20,000 bases of DNA from an uncultured virus (IMG/VR IMGVR_UViG_3300011754_000016) (lineage: Duplodnaviria; Heunggongvirae; Uroviricota; Caudoviricetes), in IMG/VR virus record IMGVR_UViG_3300011754_000016, positions 56,679 to 76,678 of that record; one strand, given 5' to 3'. Numbering within the stretch: position 1 is the first letter of the stretch; each line of letters opens with the position of its first letter. Of the stretch, positions 7,445 to 15,211 are shown one piece after another. The position numbers were made by a program, and so were the translations under genes. The notes under the pieces are model-generated. The model had not been told where the DNA came from, did not search any database, and was given only the letters and a program-made list of their open reading frames with translations.

Positions 7445-8780
7445 GATTTTGTCCTTGATAATTTGTTTGGCTCAGAGTGGCTTTTTTCTCTACTTCACTG
7501 ATAAGCCACTGACGGAATTTGTTTGGAATCATTCTTGGCGCTAAGGCTTTACCCATGTCCGCCTGACCTGCGTAATACGCTTTAAAATCCTCCACCATCA
7601 TCCGGTATTCGGTGCCAGTGAGATTCATTTGCTTGCCAGCAATAAACAACAACTCTTTGGCGTCAACGAAGCTTGGTTCTTGCCAGTCCTCTACCTGCAA
7701 AGCTCGCTGCTCACGAACATCACGCGCCTTGTCTGAGATTTCAGGGTCGATAAATTTTGGTGCCGGCGGAACATTTTTATTTATTTCGTTTTTTTCGTTA
7801 ACTAAGGGTTGGGGTTGTTCGCTGTTGTGTTTGGATGCCAAGATTTCGTTAGCGGTTTCGCTTTTCGCGGGCGCGCTCTCACTCTCTTGGTTTTTGGTTA
7901 CTGGTTCATGGTTAATGGTTAATGGTTTATGGTTTATGGTTATAGCGGTTTTTCGCCCGTTACTTTCGTTGGCGTTATCGTTTTCTTTTTCGTTAGCACC
8001 GTTAGCGGTTAGTGTTTGCTCGTTAGCATTTTCGTTAGCGTTAGAGTTTTCTCTTTCGTTGGCGGTCTCAACTGCTTCCATATCGTTAATAGCATCACTT
8101 CCGAAATGACTGTTATAAAGACTGCGTAAGCTATCAATGGCGGTCTTTTGCGTGACTTGCTCACCCAACTCTCTTAGCTTCTCAACTAAAAATTTGCGTT
8201 CAGCTTTTGATTTGGCTTGACGCTCGGCGTTAGTCATTGGTGCGTTAGCGTTATCGGTTTCGCTGTTAGCGCTTTCGTTGGCGTTAGCGTTTTCTTTTTC
8301 GTTAGCGCCGTTACCGTTTTTAGATTCGCCGTTAGCGATTGCATTAGCGTTTGCCTTGTTAGTGATTCGCGTTAGCTTGTCAAAACCAAAGTGTTTCGCG
8401 TAAGCTTCGCGGATAGCTGCCGTGCCTGCATTGACTGGAACATCAAATCCTGCTTTTTTTAATTTGCGCGTCATATCACCAATGGCAGTGATAAGCTCTT
8501 GGTAGCGGTAATCTTTAATGATCTTGTCCCACTCAGGAGCAACATAGCTGCTACCTTTTTTCTTAAACTTGTCTTTAAGTACAAACGCCAATGCTTGCTT
8601 TTCGTCATCGCTATGAATGTTTAAACGGCGCTCAAGCAAATCGCGGTTGGCGGCATCAATGGGTTTTTCTTGGCAAAAATAATCAGACCGCAAGTCGAGG
8701 TATATTGTTTTCTCGATGCGGTTCATGTGTTTGGTGTCAAAATCCCAATCGGTGAAGTTGTGGTTTATATAGTGCATCAC
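7326..8780 (-). CDS. phage replication initiator (DUF1376/YdaU-like N-terminus, lambda O analogue)
   Basis: MHYINHNFTDWDFDTKHMNRIEKTIYLDL..DYF..EKPI; central repeat-rich linker; C-terminal helical domain; upstream of P-like gene. Confidence 0.8.
   Translation of the reverse strand: MMHYINHNFTDWDFDTKHMNRIEKTIYLDLRSDYFCQEKPIDAANRDLLERRLNIHSDDEKQALAFVLKDKFKKKGSSYVAPEWDKIIKDYRYQELITAIGDMTRKLKKAGFDVPVNAGTAAIREAYAKHFGFDKLTRITNKANANAIANGESKNGNGANEKENANANESANSETDNANAPMTNAERQAKSKAERKFLVEKLRELGEQVTQKTAIDSLRSLYNSHFGSDAINDMEAVETANERENSNANENANEQTLTANGANEKENDNANESNGRKTAITINHKPLTINHEPVTKNQESESAPAKSETANEILASKHNSEQPQPLVNEKNEINKNVPPAPKFIDPEISDKARDVREQRALQVEDWQEPSFVDAKELLFIAGKQMNLTGTEYRMMVEDFKAYYAGQADMGKALAPRMIPNKFRQWLISEVEKKATLSQTNYQGQNHANHQSANSQYQQPKQSSADAYAADLARQLAEYDANQYQ
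7845..8376. repeat. iteron-like CGTTAGC repeats, putative replication origin
   Basis: Dense (C)GTTAGC(G) variants in clusters ~7957-8065 and ~8228-8376; 45-bp direct repeat at 7963-8007 and 8272-8316 (3 mismatches); TGGTT repeats at 7888-7941. Confidence 0.75.
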
Positions 8781-9550
8781 GCCACCTCTTTGCTTAGTAA
8801 TTCATAAATCCACATCTGCCCTTTGGTGGTGAATAACGGTTGCAAATGACCTGTATTGCCTTGTTTCATTTCGCCCAAGCCTTTTTCTATAAACCACGCT
8901 TGAAACGCCTTACCGCGCTTACAGTTGGCGTTATAGACACCGACCAAATTAAGGCGCTTGTTAAGCTCCTGAGCTGACTTAATACCGACCGATTGCGCCA
9001 CTTGCGTAGCATTTAGCAGGGTTTTGCGGTCTGCTACGGCATCGTAGTGAGCAACTTTTGGCGCATCCTGCTCGATCTTTTGCTGCAACGTGCCGGCAAG
9101 CAATAAAGCTTCTGAGTAGCTTTGAGGAATATTAAAGGCTGGTTGTGAACGGCGCTCACACTCGATAAAGTATTGGCGAACCTGCCTGCCTTTTTCTGAT
9201 CGCTGAATCATTGATATTTCTTTTGCCATATCAATACTGATAAAAAAATCTGTAAGTGTTTGATTTGCTAGGGTGTTAAAAACTTCACACCCTAAGTAAT
9301 CTTGATTTTCAATAAAGCCGTATTGTAGTTGGCGATCAAACCAACTTGAGAATCTTTCAGTGGTTCGTAAAAAGGCATAAAGCTCACGAGCCGATACCGC
9401 TTGGATCAACTCTCTGTGTTCTTGAATAACTGGAAAATTCATGGCATAATCCTCACTGTTGTTTATAGTTATGATGTTTGCCTGATTAGTGTTTTTGAGA
9501 AGCCCATTAGTTCCCGCTAATGGGCTTTTTGCTTTTTGAGCGATTGTCAT
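8777..9550 (-). CDS. ant: antirepressor, AntA/AntB N-domain plus ANT(KilAC) C-domain
   Basis: VSARELYAFL...FSSWF...YGFIENQDY...ISIDMAKEISMIQRSEKGRQVRQYFIECE; APKVAHYDAV...FTTKGQMWI. Starts ATG 9550 (GAGGTG) or ATG 9442 (GAGG). Confidence 0.9.
   Translation of the reverse strand: MTIAQKAKSPLAGTNGLLKNTNQANIITINNSEDYAMNFPVIQEHRELIQAVSARELYAFLRTTERFSSWFDRQLQYGFIENQDYLGCEVFNTLANQTLTDFFISIDMAKEISMIQRSEKGRQVRQYFIECERRSQPAFNIPQSYSEALLLAGTLQQKIEQDAPKVAHYDAVADRKTLLNATQVAQSVGIKSAQELNKRLNLVGVYNANCKRGKAFQAWFIEKGLGEMKQGNTGHLQPLFTTKGQMWIYELLSKEVA
9422..9537 (+). ncRNA. putative antisense sRNA cassette 2 (~75 nt, sar/OOP-like)
   Basis: TTGAAT 9422-27, 17 bp spacer, extended TGnCATAAT 9442-50; perfect 11-bp stem 9500-9527 then T-run. 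Confidence 0.65.
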
Positions 9551-9557
9551 ACTCACC

Positions 9558-9662
9558 TCACCAAAAAATTATTGTGAAAAGCGCAAGCGCTAAGGTAAAA
9601 GCCATCGCGCCAGCTTTGATGAGTCCAAGCGCGATACTATCCGCTGTTTCTTTCTCGATCAC
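9558..9662 (-). CDS. 34-aa hydrophobic peptide
   Basis: Not in track; GTG 9662 after GAGGAGG; MIEKETADSIALGLIKAGAMAFTLALALFTIIFW. Confidence 0.55.
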   Translation of the reverse strand: MIEKETADSIALGLIKAGAMAFTLALALFTIIFW

Positions 9663-9664
9663 TT

Positions 9665-9859
9665 CTAAGCCTCCTCGGTTACCACAGTTGCTAACTCGAT
9701 AAGCTTTTCACCAACGCTATGACTTGGCTCTTTTGTTGATCCAAGTTTGATTTGGTTAATTGCTGCTTGTGATACGCCGCACTCTTTGGCGATAGCTGTT
9801 TGAGTCCAGCCTGCTTTTTTGAGTTCGGCAATAATTTCTTGCCATTTTGTTTGTGTCAT
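9665..9859 (-). CDS. cro: Cro-like repressor
   Basis: GWTQTAIAKECGVSQAAINQI HTH; divergent from cI; AGGAGG RBS. Confidence 0.85.
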   Translation of the reverse strand: MTQTKWQEIIAELKKAGWTQTAIAKECGVSQAAINQIKLGSTKEPSHSVGEKLIELATVVTEEA

Positions 9860-9881
9860 ACCAACCTCCTTTGCTTATACC

Positions 9882-9953
9882 ATTATATAAGAATACTTGT
9901 AAAACACAAGAAATCTATAACTTTACTTGTAATATAATTAAAAGTATACTTGT
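9882..9953. promoter_or_regulatory. OR region: three operators and divergent promoters
   Basis: ATAAGAATACTTGT 9887, ATAACTTTACTTGT 9917, AAAAGTATACTTGT 9940; minus-strand TTGTGT-16-TATAAT (9909-9882); plus-strand TTTACT-17-TATACT (9922-9950). Confidence 0.7.
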
Positions 9954-9989
9954 TTTAACTTTGGTATATTTAGGTCAGGACTTATAACT

Positions 9990-10703
9990 ATGGGTATATT
10001 CATGAAGACTTTGGGCGAACGCGTTAAGGAAGAACGTAAGAAGCGTCGTTGGTCACAAGCTGACCTTGGAGCAAAAGTTGGGGTTTCTCAAGCTGCTATA
10101 TCGGAAATTGAGCGCGATGTGCCAAAATCTAGTGGGCTTGTTATACCTATAGCAAAGGTGTTTAAAGTAAGCGTTGCCTACTTGACAGACGGTAAGGAAA
10201 ATATATCGCGTCAAATACCAAGTAATGATGACGTGGTTGTTATTGGCGGTAGTCGTCATGGCGAAATAGCTGATCCACAAGAGTATGTCATGATCCCAAA
10301 GTACGATGTGGTAGGCTCTTGCGGCGATGGGATTGATGTTAATGAAGTTAACATTGTAGATGGTATGCCGATGCCTGTAGCTTGGTTGCGAGCGCAAAAC
10401 TTGCCGGAAGCTCACTTATTAGCAGTTATTCAAGCAAGCGGCGATAGCATGCAGCCCACTATTGAGGATGGGCAGATATTAATGGTCAATACAGTTGATA
10501 TTGAGCCAAAAAGTACAAAAATTTATTTAATCTGCATTGATGGGAAGTTGTTTATCAAAAGATTGATTTACACCCCTAGCGGTTGGATTATGCGCTCGGA
10601 CAATCCAAATAGAAATATTTACCCTGACTTTGTAATTGAGGCAGAACAGTTTAATAATATCGACATTCAAGGTCGTGTTGTTTGGCAATCAGGGATGCTA
10701 TAA
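9990..10703 (+). CDS. cI: CI-like repressor (HTH plus S24 autopeptidase)
   Basis: HTH WSQADLGAKVGVSQAAISEIE; cleavage site GSCG; catalytic GDSM and IKRL. Confidence 0.93.
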   Translation: MGIFMKTLGERVKEERKKRRWSQADLGAKVGVSQAAISEIERDVPKSSGLVIPIAKVFKVSVAYLTDGKENISRQIPSNDDVVVIGGSRHGEIADPQEYVMIPKYDVVGSCGDGIDVNEVNIVDGMPMPVAWLRAQNLPEAHLLAVIQASGDSMQPTIEDGQILMVNTVDIEPKSTKIYLICIDGKLFIKRLIYTPSGWIMRSDNPNRNIYPDFVIEAEQFNNIDIQGRVVWQSGML

Positions 10704-10721
10704 CCCTTTCATAATCTATAA

Positions 10722-10750
10722 AAAAACCACTTGTTATGAGTGGTTTTTTT
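10722..10750 (+). terminator. intrinsic terminator after cI
   Basis: AAAAAACCACT-loop-AGTGGTTTTTT inverted repeat. Confidence 0.8.
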
Positions 10751-10819
10751 ATGCCTGCTTATAAATAACTTATAAACTAATAAAAGTTTCCATGTATTTA
10801 CAATTATTTTTCTTGTTTT

Positions 10820-10860
10820 ATAAGTATTCTTTTGACTTATTTTACAAGTTTACTTATAAT
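10820..10860 (+). promoter_or_regulatory. pL-like promoter with operators
   Basis: TTGACT 10832-37, 17 bp spacer, TATAAT 10855-60; operators ATAAGTATTCTTTT 10820 and ACAAGTTTACTTAT 10844. Confidence 0.85.
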
Positions 10861-10864
10861 TTAA

Positions 10865-11027
10865 TCATCAAGTCGTGATGAGCCACTTGCCAAAACTCTT
10901 TAAAAATTTGAACACATAGCACCATCTTGCAACGCGCCGGCGCGAGGAGTCGGCGCAATAGATGGCTATTGTAAGTGATGCGGGTCATTGCTTAGCAGTA
11001 GCTATTTATCAACTGCCCTGTAGGGCA
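10865..11027 (+). promoter_or_regulatory. structured leader RNA with boxA-like motif
   Basis: ACTCTTTAAAAA 10895; stem-loops at 10865-81, 10916-69, 10972-94, 11014-27. Confidence 0.55.
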
Positions 11028-11047
11028 ATCATCAAGAAGGAGGTCCT

Positions 11048-11386
11048 ATGACCACTCCAACCAATGCCGAAAATTTCATCGGTGAATTGAACGGCGGTGT
11101 TTTTGCCAAACAGCTTGGACACGTACTGTCAGACGTTGCCGAAAGCGTTGCAGCTCATGAGAAAAAAGGTGAGATCACAATCAAGCTTCGCTTTGCGCCA
11201 TCAAAAGCTGCCAACCAAGTCGAAATGGAATGTGACTTATCTTATAAAGCACCTAAAGCAAGCCGCGGTCACCGCGCAGAAATGACCCCAAGCGACACAC
11301 TCATGTATGTCAACAAGGGCGGTCGCCTCAGCTCATACCCTGAAAATCAGCACGATATGTTTGCAGAACGCAGCACTGCCGAATAA
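11048..11386 (+). CDS. YfdP-like phage protein
   Basis: TNAENFIGELNGGVF..QL...LSDVA..V....KKGEITI...T.MYVNKGGRLS; upstream of the DUF2303 gene; AAGGAGG RBS. Confidence 0.75.
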   Translation: MTTPTNAENFIGELNGGVFAKQLGHVLSDVAESVAAHEKKGEITIKLRFAPSKAANQVEMECDLSYKAPKASRGHRAEMTPSDTLMYVNKGGRLSSYPENQHDMFAERSTAE

Positions 11387-11424
11387 GTCACTTCTCGTAT
11401 CAACCCACCAATAAGGAACAATCC

Positions 11425-12243
11425 ATGCCCAACCATAACGACGCGCAGACCATCGCTAGTCTGTCTTTACAGCGTGATATGAGCGTTAGCAACGTCAATG
11501 CCCCATCCTTGATTACCATTCCTGACGACTTCAAGCTGCAAGACACGGAAAAGTATCAAGACCAACGCAACCGTTTTCGCGGTACGTTCTCAACCACATC
11601 GCTTGCCAGCTTCACGGATTATGTATTAGCGCGAACGGCTGATAAATGCTTTGTAGACAATACTTGTGTCACACGAATGACAAGCCAAGCGGTATTTAAT
11701 TTGGGCGATGAATCACACCCCGGTCACGCCGATGACACTGCCAATCTTGTCTTGAATATCACCAATGAATTTGAAGCCCTACGGCGAATCAGCCGTGTTT
11801 CACAAAAGCGCCTGATTGAATTTGTGCAAGATTATGCGTACTGCCTATCTTTTCATCATGCTATCGATGGCGAATTGGGTGAGCAGGTCAGCGCTGGCAA
11901 TGCGATTAATGCGTTTCGCAGTGTAACGGTTAAATCAGCTCGTGAAATGACCAGTGATGTTCGTGACATGAGTTCAACCAAATCGGCGCTTGAGCATATC
12001 GAAGCAAGCTCAGCCGTTCAGCTTCCAGGGTTCTTGGTATTGGAAGCACCACTTTATAACGATCTGCCAGAAGTACAGATCCTCGCGCGTCTTTTGATCA
12101 TTACTGATGATGACGATGTTAACTTTGGCGTCCGAATTGTTGGTGAGCACAAGCTGCTAGAAGATGCCGCTACTTATTTCGTGGACATGATCAAAGAAGC
12201 CTTACCGAAAGTGTCAGTTTACGCAGGAACCTTCACGCCTTAA
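11425..12243 (+). CDS. DUF2303 (YfdQ-like) protein
   Basis: EKYQ..R.RFRG.F.T.SL.SF..Y, AVFNLGD...PGHADDTA.L, C-terminal G.F.P. Confidence 0.85.
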   Translation: MPNHNDAQTIASLSLQRDMSVSNVNAPSLITIPDDFKLQDTEKYQDQRNRFRGTFSTTSLASFTDYVLARTADKCFVDNTCVTRMTSQAVFNLGDESHPGHADDTANLVLNITNEFEALRRISRVSQKRLIEFVQDYAYCLSFHHAIDGELGEQVSAGNAINAFRSVTVKSAREMTSDVRDMSSTKSALEHIEASSAVQLPGFLVLEAPLYNDLPEVQILARLLIITDDDDVNFGVRIVGEHKLLEDAATYFVDMIKEALPKVSVYAGTFTP

Positions 12244-12308
12244 TTCAACCTGTTAATAAATTACATGCGATTGGTCAGCCAGTCGTATGTTGTGTATTAA
12301 CCCCCACC

Positions 12309-12335
12309 GCCCACACCATCGATCGTGGGCTTTTT
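12309..12335 (+). terminator. intrinsic terminator
   Basis: GCCCAC/GTGGGC stem plus TTTTT. Confidence 0.6.
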
Positions 12336-12355
12336 ATCAACCAAAGGATTTAATT

Positions 12356-12805
12356 ATGAACAAAAAAGAAATGACGCGGCTGATTAAGTCGCAAGCGAAG
12401 CAAGACAAAATAGTTGCTGATCTGCAAAAAAATGCTTTTCATCAGAAAGGTCAAATTGATGCGCTGATCCTAGCAGTAAGAGATTTGCGCAATCCACACC
12501 TTGCCGGCGAGCCTGAGCCAAAAGCCGCTATTGAAATGCGCGAACTGGCGGAAGCGGTTACGCGTGATAAACCGGTATTGAGCGGCAACGAACGGATCAA
12601 GAAGCTGCTTGAGAAGCAACTTTTGGTTTTCATCAAGACTAGTGATGTTAGTTACGAAGATGCGAAGCACAGCGACTTCTTTCGGGTTTGTGATCGTATT
12701 AACAATAGCTACAACTACCCCATCAGCACTACTAGCGAAACTAGCGAAGAATTTATGTTTGGCATTCCATTTGACGAACACGGCAACGAAATCACGGAGG
12801 TTTAA
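12356..12805 (+). CDS. hypothetical protein
   Basis: ATG 12356 after AAGGA; N-terminal coiled coil; C-terminal IPFDEHGNEITE. Confidence 0.7.
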   Translation: MNKKEMTRLIKSQAKQDKIVADLQKNAFHQKGQIDALILAVRDLRNPHLAGEPEPKAAIEMRELAEAVTRDKPVLSGNERIKKLLEKQLLVFIKTSDVSYEDAKHSDFFRVCDRINNSYNYPISTTSETSEEFMFGIPFDEHGNEITEV

Positions 12806-12958
12806 ATGAAAAAGCTTTGGCAAGTCACCTACGAGAAAAACGGCGTTGAGCACAGCATCCAAGCTGAAGCGCTCAACAAAATAGAAGCTCAATCACTGGC
12901 ACGCCAGCATGAACGCGGCGCTTGGATTGAGTTTGTAAAGGTCGAAGAAGTTAAATAA
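12806..12958 (+). CDS. 50-aa hypothetical protein
   Basis: Not in track; GGAGG RBS; MKKLWQVTYEKNGVEHSIQAEALNKIEAQSLARQHERGAWIEFVKVEEVK. Confidence 0.7.
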   Translation: MKKLWQVTYEKNGVEHSIQAEALNKIEAQSLARQHERGAWIEFVKVEEVK

Positions 12959-12967
12959 GGAGTCAGT

Positions 12968-13273
12968 ATGGCTTACAAGATAAACATTCACACCGAAAAC
13001 ACCGCGGCAGCAAGTTTGTTTGAGGACTTGCTCAAAACCGTCAAGCAAATCAATGGCAGTTATTGCGATGCCAGCGTCCAGCAGCTTAGAAAAGAGATTT
13101 CTGCGTACAAAATCCCTGCCAATATCGAAAGCTATCGCAACATTGGCTACCCAAGTACCTCGGTAAATCTCAACTTAGCGGCTCCTAAAAAATGGTCATA
13201 CAGAAATATGATGGCGCTACGCCAACTGATCGCGGATCGTACCAAGGCAAATGAGAAAACATCATGGACATAA
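12968..13273 (+). CDS. hypothetical protein
   Basis: TAAGGAG RBS; 101 aa. Confidence 0.7.
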   Translation: MAYKINIHTENTAAASLFEDLLKTVKQINGSYCDASVQQLRKEISAYKIPANIESYRNIGYPSTSVNLNLAAPKKWSYRNMMALRQLIADRTKANEKTSWT

Positions 13274-13539
13274 ATAAAAATTTAGACGCACCTACACCAT
13301 CGTTGGCTGGCAAGGTCGTGAAGATCAAAGCGAATGCGAACGGTATTGGTGGCGCCGAATATCACGTAGAGAACTACTGGAAAACCCTAACTGGGAAAAG
13401 CTGGATGGTCAGCGACGGCAATCCCGCCTGTCTAGACTACGCCATGCGCTCGGTAGGATTGCCGATTGATGACAATGTGCTTTACGGCAAGATCAATGGT
13501 GCTGGAAAGCTTGTACATATATCAGAAATTGAAGCTTAA
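13264..13539 (+). CDS. small conserved-looking phage protein of unknown function
   Basis: 91 aa with SWM..DGNPACL.YA.R...LP.DD.VLYGKI motif. Confidence 0.75.
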   Translation: MDINKNLDAPTPSLAGKVVKIKANANGIGGAEYHVENYWKTLTGKSWMVSDGNPACLDYAMRSVGLPIDDNVLYGKINGAGKLVHISEIEA

Positions 13540-13556
13540 CCCTGAAATTTAGGCAT

Positions 13557-13640
13557 AAAAAAACCGCTTTGAAGTGCAATTCAAAGCGGATCATTCTTAC
13601 ATGGAAAAATCATTATGAAACAAAAAATTGAACAAATCAA
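13557..13640 (-). ncRNA. putative antisense sRNA cassette 3 (~50 nt)
   Basis: Minus strand: TTGATT (13640-35), 17 bp spacer, CATAAT (13617-12); perfect 10-bp stem 13564-89 then T7 (A7 at 13557-63). Confidence 0.6.
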
Positions 13641-13938
13641 GCGCCATCGCGCATTTCGTGCCGGCGCGACCGTTTTACTGGTTGCCGCCATCCCTTTATC
13701 CATTCCATTGACCAGCGGCGCAATCGACCGTCAAGCCAGCACCCAAGCACACAACGCGCAAGTCCAAAAGGACATCAAGAGAGGCTATTACACACAGTCG
13801 GAATATGACTGTGATTTTGATGATTGCCTAGATAACGAGGTTTACTTGGCGTCCGCGCAAAAAGCGGTCAGCAAATACGCTAACGAGACGCTGTACCGGA
13901 TCAAGCAAATGAGCGTGCAATGGGAGGCTCAGCCATGA
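13615..13938 (+). CDS. membrane-anchored or secreted hypothetical protein
   Basis: Basic N-terminus plus hydrophobic GATVLLVAAIPLSIPL. Confidence 0.7.
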   Translation: MKQKIEQIKRHRAFRAGATVLLVAAIPLSIPLTSGAIDRQASTQAHNAQVQKDIKRGYYTQSEYDCDFDDCLDNEVYLASAQKAVSKYANETLYRIKQMSVQWEAQP

Positions 13939-14231
13939 GTTTTGATGACCTAAGCGCTAGCCAGCCCGCAGGATGGGAATGGCTCAATGATGAACGCGAA
14001 ATGCTGGAACAGCAGACAGCGCAAGCGCAAGATTGTGAAGTGATGCTACTGAGTGAGCGTCCTGCTATCAGTGACGATAATTTGGTAGCGATTATCTTGG
14101 GGATGGACAATCACCTGATTGACGCTCAAGCCAAGCCAAATCGCATCAAGGTTGAGCGCAACATCGATCATTTAACGCGCCAAGCCAGCAGCGTTATGCC
14201 GTTTGTCCAAGAAAAGAATTTTTGGGAGTAA
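13935..14231 (+). CDS. hypothetical protein
   Basis: ATG 13935 after GGGAGG; ATGA overlap. Confidence 0.65.
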   Translation: MSFDDLSASQPAGWEWLNDEREMLEQQTAQAQDCEVMLLSERPAISDDNLVAIILGMDNHLIDAQAKPNRIKVERNIDHLTRQASSVMPFVQEKNFWE

Positions 14232-14236
14232 TGATT

Positions 14237-15154
14237 ATGTTTGAATTTACCAAAGCTGAACGTAAAAAATCCAAGCTGCGCCTTGCAATTGCTGGCGTGT
14301 CAGGTAGTGGAAAAACCACCGCTGCACTGCAAATTGCAACTGGCATTGGCGGCAAGATTGCCATGATTGATACCGAAAATGGCTCATCAAGCCTTTACTC
14401 TGACCAGTTCGACTTTGATGTTTTGGAGTTATCCGCGCCTTACGAGCCTGAGCGTTTCATTAAGGCGATCGAGTCAGTCGAACAAGCCGGTTACGACACG
14501 GTAATCATTGATAGTATGTCGCATGAATGGGATGGTACGGGCGGTTGCCTTGATATTAACAACTTGCTTGCCAAAACCAAGTACAAAGGTAACTCTTACG
14601 CCGCTTGGAATGAAGTTACTCCGCGTCACCAACGGCTGCTAGAAAAAATTGTAACCAGCAAAATCCACATCATTGCCACCGTTCGTATGAAGTCCGAAAT
14701 GGTGCAAGAGGGCAAAAAAGTATTTAAGCTTGGTATGAAGTACATCATGCGCGAGGGCTTCGAGTATGAGTTTACCACCGTGTTTGATATGTCACACGAA
14801 GGTTATTTTGCTGTGGTCAGTAAAGACCGCACCAAGCTGTTTAGTACTGAAACGCCATTTGTTATTACGCCGGAGGTTGGTAGCCATCTAAACGATTGGC
14901 TCAATAGCGGCAAGAATTACTATATGGATGACGACCATTTAATCAGCTTAGATAAGTTGCTTAAAATCCTACCTGAAGATATGCAAGGCAAAGTAAGGGC
15001 TAAATACCCAAATTTTGCTAACGAGCCGGACAGTCGTTTTGGTGAGATAAAGTCAGGACTGACCGGCATGATTGAAAAGGCTGCAAATCAGCAAGCCAGC
15101 CAAAGTCAATCGCCGCAAAACAAGCAGCCTATTAACTCAGAGCAAATTCACTAA
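14237..15154 (+). CDS. AAA_24 / Sak4-like P-loop ATPase (recombination)
   Basis: AERKKSKLRLAIAGVSGSGKT Walker A; IDTE; VIIDSMSHEW Walker B; REGFEYEFT; KDRT. Confidence 0.88.
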   Translation: MFEFTKAERKKSKLRLAIAGVSGSGKTTAALQIATGIGGKIAMIDTENGSSSLYSDQFDFDVLELSAPYEPERFIKAIESVEQAGYDTVIIDSMSHEWDGTGGCLDINNLLAKTKYKGNSYAAWNEVTPRHQRLLEKIVTSKIHIIATVRMKSEMVQEGKKVFKLGMKYIMREGFEYEFTTVFDMSHEGYFAVVSKDRTKLFSTETPFVITPEVGSHLNDWLNSGKNYYMDDDHLISLDKLLKILPEDMQGKVRAKYPNFANEPDSRFGEIKSGLTGMIEKAANQQASQSQSPQNKQPINSEQIH

Positions 15155-15160
15155 AAAAAC

Positions 15161-15187
15161 AAGCTAAGACGCAAGTCTTGGCTTTTT
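15161..15187 (+). terminator. intrinsic terminator
   Basis: AAGCTAAGAC-GCAA-GTCTTGGCTT plus T-run. Confidence 0.7.
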
Positions 15188-15211
15188 AACTATTTAAACT
15201 AAGGAAAAATC

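Noticed and set aside
7612..8109. 165-aa hydrophobic plus-strand ORF
   Set aside because: Antisense shadow of the low-complexity initiator linker
4648..8780. Phage-wide stop-codon reassignment
   Set aside because: TAA terminates many other genes normally; only one internal stop was seen
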